Positions 17,900 to 27,786 of a DNA stretch of 64,000 nucleotides are shown here, piece after piece (within the stretch, counting starts at the first letter, position 1; the number at the start of each line of letters is the position of its first letter). Location: NCBI GenBank assembly GCA_963801355.1, contig CAWDEM010000008.1:864001-928000 (forward strand), given 5' to 3'. Source of the DNA: Ignavibacteriota bacterium (GTDB lineage Bacteria > Bacteroidota > Ignavibacteria > UBA10030 > UBA6906). The notes under the pieces are model-generated. The model saw only the letters and a program-made list of their open reading frames with translations, was not told the origin of the DNA and ran no database searches. A program made the translations under genes and the position numbers.

Positions 17900-18412
17900 T
17901 TAGCGGGCCTGGCGCAGGAACTCCAGCCGGGGTTTGAGCCTATCGGTGGACATGAGCAGCCGGTCTTTTCCGAATATCGCATCCTCGGTGTTGAGGAATG
18001 TCAGCTCGTACTCATCGCTCATGATGATGGCCTCTTCCGGGCAGACTTCTTCACAGAAGCCGCAGAAGATGCAGCGCAGCATGTTGATCTCGAACCTCAC
18101 CGGATACCGTTCCTTAGGAAGGTCGGTCTCTGCGGCCTGCACTTCGATGGCCAATGCCGGGCAGACCCGTGCACAGAGGCCGCAAGCCACGCAGCGCTCG
18201 ACCCCCTGTTCTTCCACCAGCACCGGGCGTCCGCGGAACGAAGCGGGCGGATTCCACCGTTCCTCGGGGTATTGCCGGGTGAACTTCGGGCGGAACACCT
18301 GCTTCAGTGTCAGCATCATCCCTTTGAAGATCTCGGGAATGTATGAGCGCTGGAGCAGCGTCAGATCCTTATACCGGATTTGCCGGGTCTTCTGCGTGTC
18401 AGTCTTGGCCAT
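17900..18412 (-). CDS. nuoI: NADH-quinone oxidoreductase subunit I
   Basis: [31 protein letters not shown]. Confidence 0.96.
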   Translation of the reverse strand: MAKTDTQKTRQIRYKDLTLLQRSYIPEIFKGMMLTLKQVFRPKFTRQYPEERWNPPASFRGRPVLVEEQGVERCVACGLCARVCPALAIEVQAAETDLPKERYPVRFEINMLRCIFCGFCEEVCPEEAIIMSDEYELTFLNTEDAIFGKDRLLMSTDRLKPRLEFLRQAR

Positions 18413-18462
18413 AATGCGAACGGTCTTTCAGATACTCTCGCGGTGTTTCGGTCAACACCAGC

Positions 18463-19485
18463 CTATCGTCCCAGGATGAGCAACCACGCGGCCGTCAGCA
18501 CCAGATTCAGCACCGCCAGGGGGAGCATCACCTTCCAGCCCAGGTTCATGAGTTGGTCATACCGGAACCGGGGGATTGTCCACCGGATCCACATATAGAA
18601 CAGGATCATCGCGCCGACTTTCACGACGAATGTCAGCACCTGCAGGATACTCGTGAGCAGCGGCGACAGGCCGAATGTCTGGAGGTACGGAAACTGCCAT
18701 CCTCCCAGGAACAGCGTCACGATGATTGCGCTGGAGGTAATCATGTTCGCATATTCCGCAAGGAAGAATGTTCCGAACTTCATACCGCTATATTCCGTGT
18801 GGTACCCGCCGACAAGCTCGGGTTCTGCTTCCGGGAGATCGAAGGGGAGGCGGTTGGTCTCTGCAAACGATGCCACGAGGAACGTGATGAATCCGATCGG
18901 CGTCAAGAACGCATTCCACGCAAAGCCCGCCTGCAGTTCCACGATCCGGTCAAGCTCGAGCGTCCCGGCGACCATGATCACGCCCACGACCGACAGGCCC
19001 ATGGACAGTTCATAGCTTATCATTTGTGCTGACGACCGCAATCCTCCGAGCAGCGAATACTTGCTATTCGACGACCAACCGCTCAATGTGACGCCGTACA
19101 CGCCCATCGAGGTAAGGGCCAGAATGTAGAGGATGCCGATGTTCACGTCCGCAATGAGCAGCTTGATCTCACGGCCGAACAGCGTGATGGTGTCGCCGAA
19201 GGGGACCACAGCAAACGTGCTCAGGGCCACAGTAATGGAGATAATCGGGGCAAGCGAATGGATGACATGGTTGGCGGTCGTCGGAACGATGTCTTCCTTG
19301 ATAAACAGCTTCACCACGTCAGCAGGAGCCTGCAGAAGTCCCCATGGACCCGTCCGGTTCGGGCCGATTCTGTTCTGGATGAACGCACTCACCTTGCGTT
19401 CCATGTAGACGAGATTGGCCACGGTAGTCAGGATCACCAGGAGGACGATAGCGATCTTGAGGAGCGAGATGATGACAAATTCCAT
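18463..19485 (-). CDS. nuoH: NADH-quinone oxidoreductase subunit H
   Basis: ERKVSAFIQNRIGPNR, AETNRLPFDLPEAE, RFRYDQLM. Confidence 0.97.
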   Translation of the reverse strand: MEFVIISLLKIAIVLLVILTTVANLVYMERKVSAFIQNRIGPNRTGPWGLLQAPADVVKLFIKEDIVPTTANHVIHSLAPIISITVALSTFAVVPFGDTITLFGREIKLLIADVNIGILYILALTSMGVYGVTLSGWSSNSKYSLLGGLRSSAQMISYELSMGLSVVGVIMVAGTLELDRIVELQAGFAWNAFLTPIGFITFLVASFAETNRLPFDLPEAEPELVGGYHTEYSGMKFGTFFLAEYANMITSSAIIVTLFLGGWQFPYLQTFGLSPLLTSILQVLTFVVKVGAMILFYMWIRWTIPRFRYDQLMNLGWKVMLPLAVLNLVLTAAWLLILGR

Positions 19486-19512
19486 TCAGATGTTCCTTGC
19501 GAAAGAGCCGGG

Positions 19513-21192
19513 TCAGGAGCGCACAGTTGATATGCTGGGGGTATTCAGCAGAGCTCCCGAGGTGCCGATAGTCCGGAACTCCATGCCGCGGAATGCCGGC
19601 AGGTTGGAGGCGAGTTCATGGAAAACATCTTCGGCGGACTGGTACTTGTATTTGAACCCCATCACCGAAGCGATTCCCGCGATGATTTTCCATGTGGGCC
19701 TGGCATCGCGTTTCTGGCCCTTGCCCCAGCGATCGAATGTGGTGCCTGCCCGGTCAAGACGGCTCATGGCAAATCCCTCGAGCGAGCGATCGATGTCCAG
19801 GGTCGCCACGGACGGCCGGATGCGCTGCACGCGGCCCTGGAAGTTTGTATAGGTTCCGTTCCGTTCGGCGAACGTCGACGCGGCAAAGACCAGATCCGCC
19901 TGGCGTGTGGTTTCATTCTCCGTGAATGCGTGCACAACAATGAAATCCAGCTTGCCCAGCACTGCAGCGACCTCCGCAATGGCAGAGACATCTTCTTCCA
20001 CAACATAGAGCGCACGGATTTGTCCTTCCTGGATCCGTTGCACCAGGGCGTCCAGGGCTGTGCGGTCGTACGACTCGACCAGGCCGAGTGACAGCAGGCC
20101 GCGTGCATTCGGTGCTTTGTCCGAACGTATCAGCAGTTCATCTTCATCACCGGGGACCATGTGCGGCACGGTGGCGACGTATTTCGTTCCGAGGACATCG
20201 CGCGCAAACTTCTGCAGGAGATAGAGGTCTTCATTGGTCGCGCAGGGGGAGGCGATGACGCCGACTTCGTTCTTCTGGAAGGAAGGGAATTCCGACGCCG
20301 CGCGGGCAATCGCCTCATCCCACGCTACCTCCACCAGCTCCCCTTCCCTGCGGCTGAGTGGAAACCGTATGCGGTTATCAGCGTTCACCGGAGGGAACGT
20401 ATGGAGTCTGCCGTAGTCGCACATCCAGTGGTCGTTCACCGCCGGGTTATACCGGGGGGTCTGGCGCAGGATTTCGTTGTTCCGCACCCAGGTGTAGATA
20501 TTGCAGCCACGTGCACAGCCCGGACAAATTGTCTCCGTAGCCGACATCTCCCAGACCCGCGCGTGAAAGCGGAATTCCCTGCTGGTCAACGCGCCCACGG
20601 GACAGATGTCAATCACATTCATGGAGTACGGGTTATCCAGCGGTTCGCCGGGAAAGGTGGTCAGCACAACGTGATCGCCCCGATTGGTGAAGGTCAACTG
20701 CGGCGTATGCGCGATCTCGTCGCAGAAACGCACGCACCGGGAACACATGATGCAGCGCTCCACATCAAGCATCACATGCGGGCCGAGGGCGACACGCTTC
20801 GGCTTGTGCACCTTATCTTCGTCGAAACGGCTGTATCCGATGCTGTGCGCGTACGCGTAGTCCTGCAGTTTGCATTCCCCCGCTTCGTCGCAGATGGGAC
20901 AATCCAGCGGATGGTTGATGAGCAGGAATTCCATGACGGCTTTCCGCGCCGCGAGAACGCGTTCAGAAGCGGTATGCACCACCATGCCCTGGGTTACCTG
21001 CGTCGAGCAGGCGATGACGAGTTTTGGCGACCGTTCGACTTCCACGAGGCACATGCGGCAATTGCCCGACACCGAGAGTCTCGGGTGCCAGCAAAAATGT
21101 GGAATGTCAATCCCGTTCTCCCGGGCAACCTCGATGATGGTGCGCCCCTCCTGTGCCTCGAGCGACTTGCCGTCGATGGTGAAAGTGATCAT
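19513..21192 (-). CDS. nuoG: NADH-quinone oxidoreductase subunit G (short form, 559 aa)
   Basis: IPHFCWH..GNCRMC, NHPLDCPICDEAGEC, RCIMCSRC..ICPVGAL, CPGCARGC..C; molybdopterin-fold C-terminus. Confidence 0.92.
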   Translation of the reverse strand: MITFTIDGKSLEAQEGRTIIEVARENGIDIPHFCWHPRLSVSGNCRMCLVEVERSPKLVIACSTQVTQGMVVHTASERVLAARKAVMEFLLINHPLDCPICDEAGECKLQDYAYAHSIGYSRFDEDKVHKPKRVALGPHVMLDVERCIMCSRCVRFCDEIAHTPQLTFTNRGDHVVLTTFPGEPLDNPYSMNVIDICPVGALTSREFRFHARVWEMSATETICPGCARGCNIYTWVRNNEILRQTPRYNPAVNDHWMCDYGRLHTFPPVNADNRIRFPLSRREGELVEVAWDEAIARAASEFPSFQKNEVGVIASPCATNEDLYLLQKFARDVLGTKYVATVPHMVPGDEDELLIRSDKAPNARGLLSLGLVESYDRTALDALVQRIQEGQIRALYVVEEDVSAIAEVAAVLGKLDFIVVHAFTENETTRQADLVFAASTFAERNGTYTNFQGRVQRIRPSVATLDIDRSLEGFAMSRLDRAGTTFDRWGKGQKRDARPTWKIIAGIASVMGFKYKYQSAEDVFHELASNLPAFRGMEFRTIGTSGALLNTPSISTVRS

Positions 21193-21193
21193 A

Positions 21194-22630
21194 TCACGCG
21201 TTTTCCAGTGCTCGGACATAGTTCACATGGAAGCTCTTCAGACGTTCAACGAGGCTTTCGATCTGGTCGCGGGGAGGAAGGAACGTGGTACGGAAGTGAA
21301 ACGTTCCAGCCCGCTGGCCGAAACCCGATCCAGGCACCACGCAGATCCCTGTCTGCTCCAGCAGGGCCAGGCAATACTCATTGTCGCGCCCCGCTTCATA
21401 CTCCTGCCGCTCGGCGTGGGGCATCCTATAGACATTGACTCCCTCTTCTTCCGGCAGATCGAAGCGCACGAACGCGTACATCGCTCCCTGGGGAACATCC
21501 ATTGACATGCCCGGGATTGCATTTACGCCGGCGGCGAGGATCTCGGCCTTTGCTTTCAAATCAGCCAGTATCGCATCGCGTTCGCGGATATACGTGGCGT
21601 GGCTCTCATCCCCGGGTTGCGGCGGCGCCACCATCAAATATGTGGCAAACTGACCGCTGACGTTTGCACAGAGACTGATAGATTGCAATTTGATGAATTC
21701 GGCCAGGACATCATCCGGGATGTTCCGGAGCTCCAGATACCCGCCCCGGTGTCCGCACTCACCCAGAAAACCCTTCGACACAGAATGAAGACTGAACAGA
21801 GAGACGCCGGTCTCCTGCATCTCCGCCATCACAAGCGCAAAGGAATTGAAGCGAAGTGCCTTGTCGTACACATTTTCCTGGTAGACCTCGTCGGCAATGA
21901 TCGACAGGCCATGGGCGCGGGCAAAACGGACGATCATTTCAACGTTGTCACGGCTCAGCACGGCACCTGTGGGATTTCCCGGGTTGATTACGACGATGCC
22001 TTTCGGCCTGATGCCCTGCGCGAGGGCGCGCTCAATGCTCTCCGTCAGGATATCGTGGTTCAGCTGCCAGCGGTTCTCTTCATCAAGGTAGTACCCGATT
22101 TGTGCTCCGCCATACAGGGCCAGGGTTGCGCTGTAGAGCGGGTACTGCGGAATCGGAATCATGACCCCATCAGTCGGGGCTGTCAACCACGAGAGCAGCA
22201 CCGACTGGACGCCTTTGCTCGCGCCGTCAGTAAGGATAATGTGCTCTTTGTCGGTGGGAATTCCGTCGCGGCGCGCGATGAAGTCAGCCACCGCCTGACG
22301 GATGAACGGGATGCCCGGGCTCTGCGTGTATGCGCCGGTGCCGTGGGGGTGCTTCTTGAGGATATCCCGTACACGCGCAACGATATCCCGCGGATAGGAC
22401 GAAACGACCGAAGGAATCTCAAGCAGTTCGGGGTTTTCCAGCAGGCTCAAAGCCTGCCGCAGGTACCGGAGGGGGCGCTGATTGAGGGCCTGAGGGTTGC
22501 CGATGTTGCAGTAGATGATCTTCCTGCCCTGTGTTTCGAGTTCCTGGGCGCGCTGCACAATAGGTCCACGGACGGCATATTCCGCCTCCAGGACGTTTCG
22601 GTTCATGTCGTGAAGGGTAAGCATCGTCAT
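21194..22630 (-). CDS. PLP-dependent alanine aminotransferase, eukaryote (GPT/ALT)-type
   Basis: EYAVRGPIVQRA, NIGNPQ, INPGNPTG, ADEVYQEN, HSVSKGFLGECGHRGGY, TGICVVPGSGFGQRAGTFHFRTTFLP. Confidence 0.88.
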   Translation of the reverse strand: MTMLTLHDMNRNVLEAEYAVRGPIVQRAQELETQGRKIIYCNIGNPQALNQRPLRYLRQALSLLENPELLEIPSVVSSYPRDIVARVRDILKKHPHGTGAYTQSPGIPFIRQAVADFIARRDGIPTDKEHIILTDGASKGVQSVLLSWLTAPTDGVMIPIPQYPLYSATLALYGGAQIGYYLDEENRWQLNHDILTESIERALAQGIRPKGIVVINPGNPTGAVLSRDNVEMIVRFARAHGLSIIADEVYQENVYDKALRFNSFALVMAEMQETGVSLFSLHSVSKGFLGECGHRGGYLELRNIPDDVLAEFIKLQSISLCANVSGQFATYLMVAPPQPGDESHATYIRERDAILADLKAKAEILAAGVNAIPGMSMDVPQGAMYAFVRFDLPEEEGVNVYRMPHAERQEYEAGRDNEYCLALLEQTGICVVPGSGFGQRAGTFHFRTTFLPPRDQIESLVERLKSFHVNYVRALENA

Positions 22631-22636
22631 GCAGGT

Positions 22637-23920
22637 CTAGGATGGCCGGATGATTACCGTCGAGAAACGGTCTTGATGGAATACATCGTTCGAGACTTCC
22701 AGAATATCATCCGGCGTCACGGCATCCACTTTCTTCAGTATGGTGTCGAGTGAAATGTAGGATTCAAGATACAATTCGGCACTGCCGAGACGTGTCATCC
22801 GGCCTGACATATTTTCAAGTCCGAGCATGAGCGTTCCCTTGATCTGGGCTTTTGTTCGCTGGAGCTCGGCGCCGGAGACGGGGGTCTTCTTCAGTTTTTC
22901 CAGTTCATGGAAGACGAGCTCCACGGCGGCCTTGATGTTCTTCTTGTCTGCGCCGAGGTATGTCCCGAACACCCCCGTGTCACTCAGCAGGCTGACGAAC
23001 GAATAGACCGAGTAGGCCAGGCCATGTTTTTCCCGGATGGTCTGATAGAGGCGCGAGCTCATTCCCTCGCCCAGGAGTGTATTGGTCACCATCAGGGAAT
23101 AGCGGTGCGGATGTTTAACGCTGAAGCAGAGTGTGCCAAGGCAAATGTGGGCTTGTGCAATTGGCCGCGGGAATTCTTTGACTTTTTCCGCTCTGGCGGC
23201 CCCCGATGCGGGCTGCCGCGACTTGGGCTCGTCCTCACCGCGGAGATGCCCGAGATAACGGTTCACGAGGCGGGCCAGCAGATCATGGTCCACATTCCCC
23301 GCTGCCGCCACGACGATCTGGGTCGGGCGGTAGTGCGCACGCACATGGGCCCTCAGGTCTTCCCGGCGGAACCCGCGCACGTTGGCTTCCGTGCCGATGA
23401 CGGGGTTCCCGAGCGAATGCCGTGGGAACAGGGTTTTTTCAAAGTAGTCATGGATGATATCTTCGGGATCGTCTTCGGAGTTCTTCAGCTCCTCGATCAC
23501 CACGAGCTTCTCTTTTTCCATTTCCTGTCGCTCGAAGGTGGCGTTCAGCATGATATCCGAAAGCACATCCATGGCCTCGCGGATGTTTGTGTCCAGCACG
23601 CGGGCGTAATAGCAGGTCTGCTCTTTGGTTGTAAAGGCGTTGAGGTAGCCGCCCAGTGATTCGAGGCTCTGTGCAATCTCACGGACGCTTCGATTGCGCG
23701 TCCCTTTGAACACCATGTGCTCGAGGAAGTGGCTGATGCCGTTCTGCGGCCCGGTTTCATCCCGTGAGCCGACGTTGGCCCAGATGCCGAGAGAAACGGA
23801 ACGGACGTGCGGGATCGTTTCGCTGACTACCCGTATGCCATTACGAAGCGTGGTCTTACGGTAGAGCGCATTTTCGACCTGGCTATGTGCCGGAGTGGGT
23901 GTGCGTTTGACGCGTAGCAT
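22637..23920 (-). CDS. M16B (pitrilysin-family) zinc peptidase
   Basis: HFLEHMVFKGT (HxxEH), NAFTTKEQT, SSRLYQTIREKHGLAYSV. Confidence 0.95.
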   Translation of the reverse strand: MLRVKRTPTPAHSQVENALYRKTTLRNGIRVVSETIPHVRSVSLGIWANVGSRDETGPQNGISHFLEHMVFKGTRNRSVREIAQSLESLGGYLNAFTTKEQTCYYARVLDTNIREAMDVLSDIMLNATFERQEMEKEKLVVIEELKNSEDDPEDIIHDYFEKTLFPRHSLGNPVIGTEANVRGFRREDLRAHVRAHYRPTQIVVAAAGNVDHDLLARLVNRYLGHLRGEDEPKSRQPASGAARAEKVKEFPRPIAQAHICLGTLCFSVKHPHRYSLMVTNTLLGEGMSSRLYQTIREKHGLAYSVYSFVSLLSDTGVFGTYLGADKKNIKAAVELVFHELEKLKKTPVSGAELQRTKAQIKGTLMLGLENMSGRMTRLGSAELYLESYISLDTILKKVDAVTPDDILEVSNDVFHQDRFSTVIIRPS

Positions 23921-23925
23921 GGAAA

Positions 23926-23954
23926 AATATACCCATTCTGGCGCGCAGAGTCAA
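23926..23954 (-). promoter_or_regulatory. sigma70 promoter, probably giving a leaderless mRNA
   Basis: TTGACT-17 nt-TATATT ending 5 nt before ATG 23920. Confidence 0.7.
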
Positions 23955-24000
23955 CCGGGCTGTTGTCCGGCGCCTCCGTTGCCTGGCGGGTGTTCCGGGG

Positions 24001-25599
24001 TTATGGAAGGATGGTGTCGCGGAGGAACTCAGCGTCGTTTCTGCTTCGGTAATCGGTAGTCACGTGCAATCCCCTGCTCTCCTTGCGCAGCATTGCGCAC
24101 TTGATGACCAGCATGGCGCACTGGGCAAGGTTACGGAGTTCGATCAACCCTTCTGTCACTCTGGTACGTTTGTAGAAGTCCTCGACTTCGTTCTGGATCA
24201 ACTCCATGCGGCGCAGGGCCCGGCCGAGACGGAGATCGGAACGCACGATGCCCACGTAGTCCCACATGACCTCCTGGATTTCGCGCCGGTTATGGGATAC
24301 GAGGATCCATTCCTCGCTGTTCAAGGTGCCGCTATAGTCCCAGGGGGCGACCTCCGGGAGAGGCTTTTTCAGGGGGGAGCCCTTGCCGATAGAAGCCCGC
24401 AGTGCCCGGTCTGAAAACACGAGTGCTTCCAGAAGCGAGTTGCTGGCAAGGCGGTTTGCGCCGTGGACGCCGGTCATGCTCACCTCGCCTGCGGCATACA
24501 GCCCGTGCACATTGGTCCGCCCGTCCACGTCGGTGACCACGCCCCCGCAAGAGTAGTGGGCGGCGGGAACGACCGGGATGGGTTCGGCGGTGATATCGAG
24601 CTTATATTTGGTCAGGCAGGTGCTGTAGATATGGGGGAAATGTTCCCGCACGCCATCGGCTGGGAGGTGGCGGAGATCCAGCAAGACATATTCGTCTCCC
24701 CGTTTCTTCAGTTCGGTATCGATGGCGTAAGCGACAATATCGCGCGGGGCCAGTTCCTTCCGCTCATCGTAGGCGTTCATGAATTCCTCCCCGCTCTGGG
24801 TCCGGAGCCTGGCACCGAAGCCCCGGACAGCCTCCGAGATCAGAAACGACGGGGTACCGGAGTTAAAGAGCGTTGTCGGGTGGAATTGAATGAATTCCAT
24901 ATTGGCAATTCTCGCGCCCGCGCGGTACGCCATTGCGACCCCGTCCCCTGTCGCGATCGCGGGGTTCGTTGTATGCAGGTACACCTGACCCAGCCCTCCC
25001 GTGGCCAGGAGCACGACAGGAGCGAGAAACATTTCCACTGCTCTGGTATGGTTATCGAGGACATATGCGCCCCAGCAGTGAATCGGGGTGTTGTTGGCGC
25101 GTTGCCGGTCTGCCAGGTTATGTTCGGTGATCAGCTCGAGGGCAACATGTTCTTCGAACATCTTGATATTCGGAGCGGCTGCGACGGCTGCAAGCAGGGC
25201 CCGCTCTATTTCATGGCCGGTAAGATCCTTTGCATGGACAATTCTATTGATCGAATGCCCGCCTTCCCGTCCGAGGTCCAGGGCGCCGTTTTTGTATGTG
25301 AACTGTGCGCCGATCGCGATCAGATCACGGAGCCGGTCAGGTCCCTCCCGCACCAGGATCGTCACCGCATCCTCGTGGCTCAAGCCCATGCCAGTTGAGA
25401 GCGTATCGCGGACGTGCAAATCGAAGGAATCGACCTGGGACATCACGGCCGCCACACCGCCCTGAGCGTAGTTCGTATTCGACTCCGCTTTTTCCTTCTT
25501 GGTAACGACAGCCACGGTGCCGAATTGGGCCGCTTTCACAGCATAGGTAAGCCCGGCAATGCCGGTACCTATGATAAGGAAATCGAAATGGTGTGGCAT
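24001..25599 (-). CDS. nadB: L-aspartate oxidase
   Basis: IGTGIAGL, YAQGGVA, REGGHS, IQFHPT, AAHYSCGG, HGANRLASNSLLE. Confidence 0.96.
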   Translation of the reverse strand: MPHHFDFLIIGTGIAGLTYAVKAAQFGTVAVVTKKEKAESNTNYAQGGVAAVMSQVDSFDLHVRDTLSTGMGLSHEDAVTILVREGPDRLRDLIAIGAQFTYKNGALDLGREGGHSINRIVHAKDLTGHEIERALLAAVAAAPNIKMFEEHVALELITEHNLADRQRANNTPIHCWGAYVLDNHTRAVEMFLAPVVLLATGGLGQVYLHTTNPAIATGDGVAMAYRAGARIANMEFIQFHPTTLFNSGTPSFLISEAVRGFGARLRTQSGEEFMNAYDERKELAPRDIVAYAIDTELKKRGDEYVLLDLRHLPADGVREHFPHIYSTCLTKYKLDITAEPIPVVPAAHYSCGGVVTDVDGRTNVHGLYAAGEVSMTGVHGANRLASNSLLEALVFSDRALRASIGKGSPLKKPLPEVAPWDYSGTLNSEEWILVSHNRREIQEVMWDYVGIVRSDLRLGRALRRMELIQNEVEDFYKRTRVTEGLIELRNLAQCAMLVIKCAMLRKESRGLHVTTDYRSRNDAEFLRDTILP

Positions 25600-25614
25600 G
25601 GTCTACAGGTAAGG

Positions 25615-25651
25615 GAAGAAAAAGGGCGGCCGCCGCAGTACGGAGCCGCCC
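25615..25651 (-). terminator. Intrinsic terminator after the OMP gene
   Basis: GGGCGGC..GCCGCCC stem followed by TTTTTCTT. Confidence 0.75.
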
Positions 25652-25673
25652 GTTGGAGTACGCAGTCCGGCCG

Positions 25674-27071
25674 CTATTCGAAGCAATAACTGAGTGTAAC
25701 GTAGCCGAACGTATTGATGTTGTCTCCACCCAGCAAGCCGAGGCCCCGACGGAGAGCTTGTTCGCTGACCGTGGCATCCATGGCGAAGCCGCCGAACTTG
25801 AGCCCGAGGCCGAGCGTCATCAATCCGTTTTCGTCGTTCGCTGCGGGCACATAGCCGGCCAGCGACACGCCGCTGTTGCCGAGGCTGACATTGGATTCGG
25901 ATGTCGTGCCGCCATCGACTTCAGTTTTGCTCCCGAGCGTTGCCATCGCGCGATAGTAGCCTCCCCGGACCGTCAGCCAGTCGAGCACGGGATATTCCAC
26001 GCCCAGGTTGAAGACGGGGAATGCGGTAATGGAAGATGTCGACGTCGTTGTCTTGTCGGTTGGTGTGGCATTCGGATTCGTTTCCACCTTGTCCTTGCGG
26101 AGCGCAAAACTGAGACCGCCCGCGAGGTAGAAGTCCTTCACCTTCACTTCGCCGCCGACGCCCACGCTCATCGTAAACACGCTGCCCTTGTAAGAGTATT
26201 TTGTTTCCGCCTGTCCTTCCAGACGGTCGTCTTCCTTGGGCTCACCTGACCACAGACGCACGGCTCCATAGGGTACCAGTGTGAAGCGCTTGGACATTTT
26301 GAGAGCCGCACGCAGATTAGCTTCGATCTCGGTTGCGCTGGCGCTGTACCCGCTTGTACCTGTGCCAGCGCCTGTTCCGCCGATGGTGTATTTGTCCTTG
26401 GCACTGTTCATGCGGAGGGCGAGAGCAGCTTCAAACAACGAGCCGCTGCCCAGGTCCGCGCGCACGCCTGCCCGGATGCCGATCAAGCGGGCCGACAGCG
26501 ACGCCTCAGAGTTGTTTGTGGCGGGGGCAGCGGGAGTGAACTTCGTATCCTGATTCGATGAACCATACGAGAGGCCTGCCCCGACCGTCATTCCGTCAAG
26601 GTCAAATGCGGCCAGAACCTCGAAGATCTCGATAGCCCTTGCGGCGCCCAGGCCTGCCGCGGGGTTTGCCGCGGGGCGCGTGGAACGGGCAAGATAGGTG
26701 TTCAGCGGTGCCCAGAGGTCATTAGCGACTGAAGGATCATACGATAAGACTGCGCCGACGGCCATTCCCTTGCCGAAAGAGAAGTTCACGCCGCCGAACT
26801 GGTTTCCGTAGATATTCTCCCCACCATACCCGTTGATGGTCCCGCCTGCGATATTGAACCACGCGTAATCTGAGTAGCTCAACAAGTATGCAGGATTGAC
26901 GAGCTGCCACGTGGGATCCATCACAATGAACGGGTTCACGGCAATGTTGCGATCGACCCTTGCTGATCCCATCGATAGCTCGCGGGCGAACCCACCGGGT
27001 TTTGCCTGTGCAAAGAGGGTGGTGCTGGCCAGTACCAGAAGCAGGAGAACGATGGTAACTTTGCGCGTCAT
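25674..27071 (-). CDS. Putative outer-membrane beta-barrel protein, family unknown
   Basis: Signal peptide MTRKVTIVLLLLVLASTTLFA; amphipathic strands; C-terminal YVTLSYCFE; SD GGAGG. Confidence 0.75.
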   Translation of the reverse strand: MTRKVTIVLLLLVLASTTLFAQAKPGGFARELSMGSARVDRNIAVNPFIVMDPTWQLVNPAYLLSYSDYAWFNIAGGTINGYGGENIYGNQFGGVNFSFGKGMAVGAVLSYDPSVANDLWAPLNTYLARSTRPAANPAAGLGAARAIEIFEVLAAFDLDGMTVGAGLSYGSSNQDTKFTPAAPATNNSEASLSARLIGIRAGVRADLGSGSLFEAALALRMNSAKDKYTIGGTGAGTGTSGYSASATEIEANLRAALKMSKRFTLVPYGAVRLWSGEPKEDDRLEGQAETKYSYKGSVFTMSVGVGGEVKVKDFYLAGGLSFALRKDKVETNPNATPTDKTTTSTSSITAFPVFNLGVEYPVLDWLTVRGGYYRAMATLGSKTEVDGGTTSESNVSLGNSGVSLAGYVPAANDENGLMTLGLGLKFGGFAMDATVSEQALRRGLGLLGGDNINTFGYVTLSYCFE

Positions 27072-27127
27072 GTGACCTCCACATTGTTGGTGATGTACGT
27101 GCACGCTACAGCTGCACAAATTGAGAG

Positions 27128-27156
27128 AATATACAATCCCGTCATTTCAATTGCAA
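27128..27156 (-). promoter_or_regulatory. sigma70 promoter of the OMP gene
   Basis: TTGCAA-17 nt-TATATT. Confidence 0.7.
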
Positions 27157-27786
27157 ACCGGGTGCCATGGCCTTAAGAATTGTATCTAAGAATCTCACTT
27201 TCCCGTCCATCGCCGCCGCATCACTATCGTTGCGTATGACAAAATCCGCGCGGGCGACCTTTTTCGCCGCGGGGAGCTGTGCCGCAATGCGCAGGAGCAC
27301 CGCATCTCTCGTTATCCCATCCCGTTCCATCACACGACGGATCCTGGTCTCCTCTTCTGCATCGACCACGATCACCCGGTCGAGGAGGTCGTCCATCCCG
27401 CTCTCGTAGATCAACGCGGCTTCCACGATGACATAGGGGTGCCGTTGAGCCGCGGGCAATCCCTCCGCGGCGCGTGTGATTACATCAATGACGGGGGGGT
27501 GAACGATGGCGTTGAGTTTCTTCAGGAGCGCATGGTTGGCGAAGACGCGGGAGGCAACGAACTTCCGGTCCATAGTGCCGCCGCCGGGATACGCGGGGGG
27601 ACCGAGCAGTTCGGCAACACGCCGGCGGACCACGGGGTCGGCGTCGGAAATCTCCTGCGCGATGATATCCGCGCGAAGCACCGGTCGCCCGAGGCGCTCA
27701 AAGAGGGAGCAGACGAGTGACTTCCCGCTCCCGATGCCGCCCGTGACACCCACCAGGAGGTAGTCGCGCTTACTTGGCATATGCAA
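27142..27786 (-). CDS. coaE: Dephospho-CoA kinase
   Basis: [26 protein letters not shown]. Confidence 0.95.
   Translation of the reverse strand: MHMPSKRDYLLVGVTGGIGSGKSLVCSLFERLGRPVLRADIIAQEISDADPVVRRRVAELLGPPAYPGGGTMDRKFVASRVFANHALLKKLNAIVHPPVIDVITRAAEGLPAAQRHPYVIVEAALIYESGMDDLLDRVIVVDAEEETRIRRVMERDGITRDAVLLRIAAQLPAAKKVARADFVIRNDSDAAAMDGKVRFLDTILKAMAPGLQLK

Noticed and set aside
19513-21192. Formate dehydrogenase or [FeFe]-hydrogenase subunit
   Set aside because: No H-cluster motifs and no evident Mo-ligand Cys/Sec segment. The Fe-S pattern and adjacency to nuoH-I indicate NuoG.
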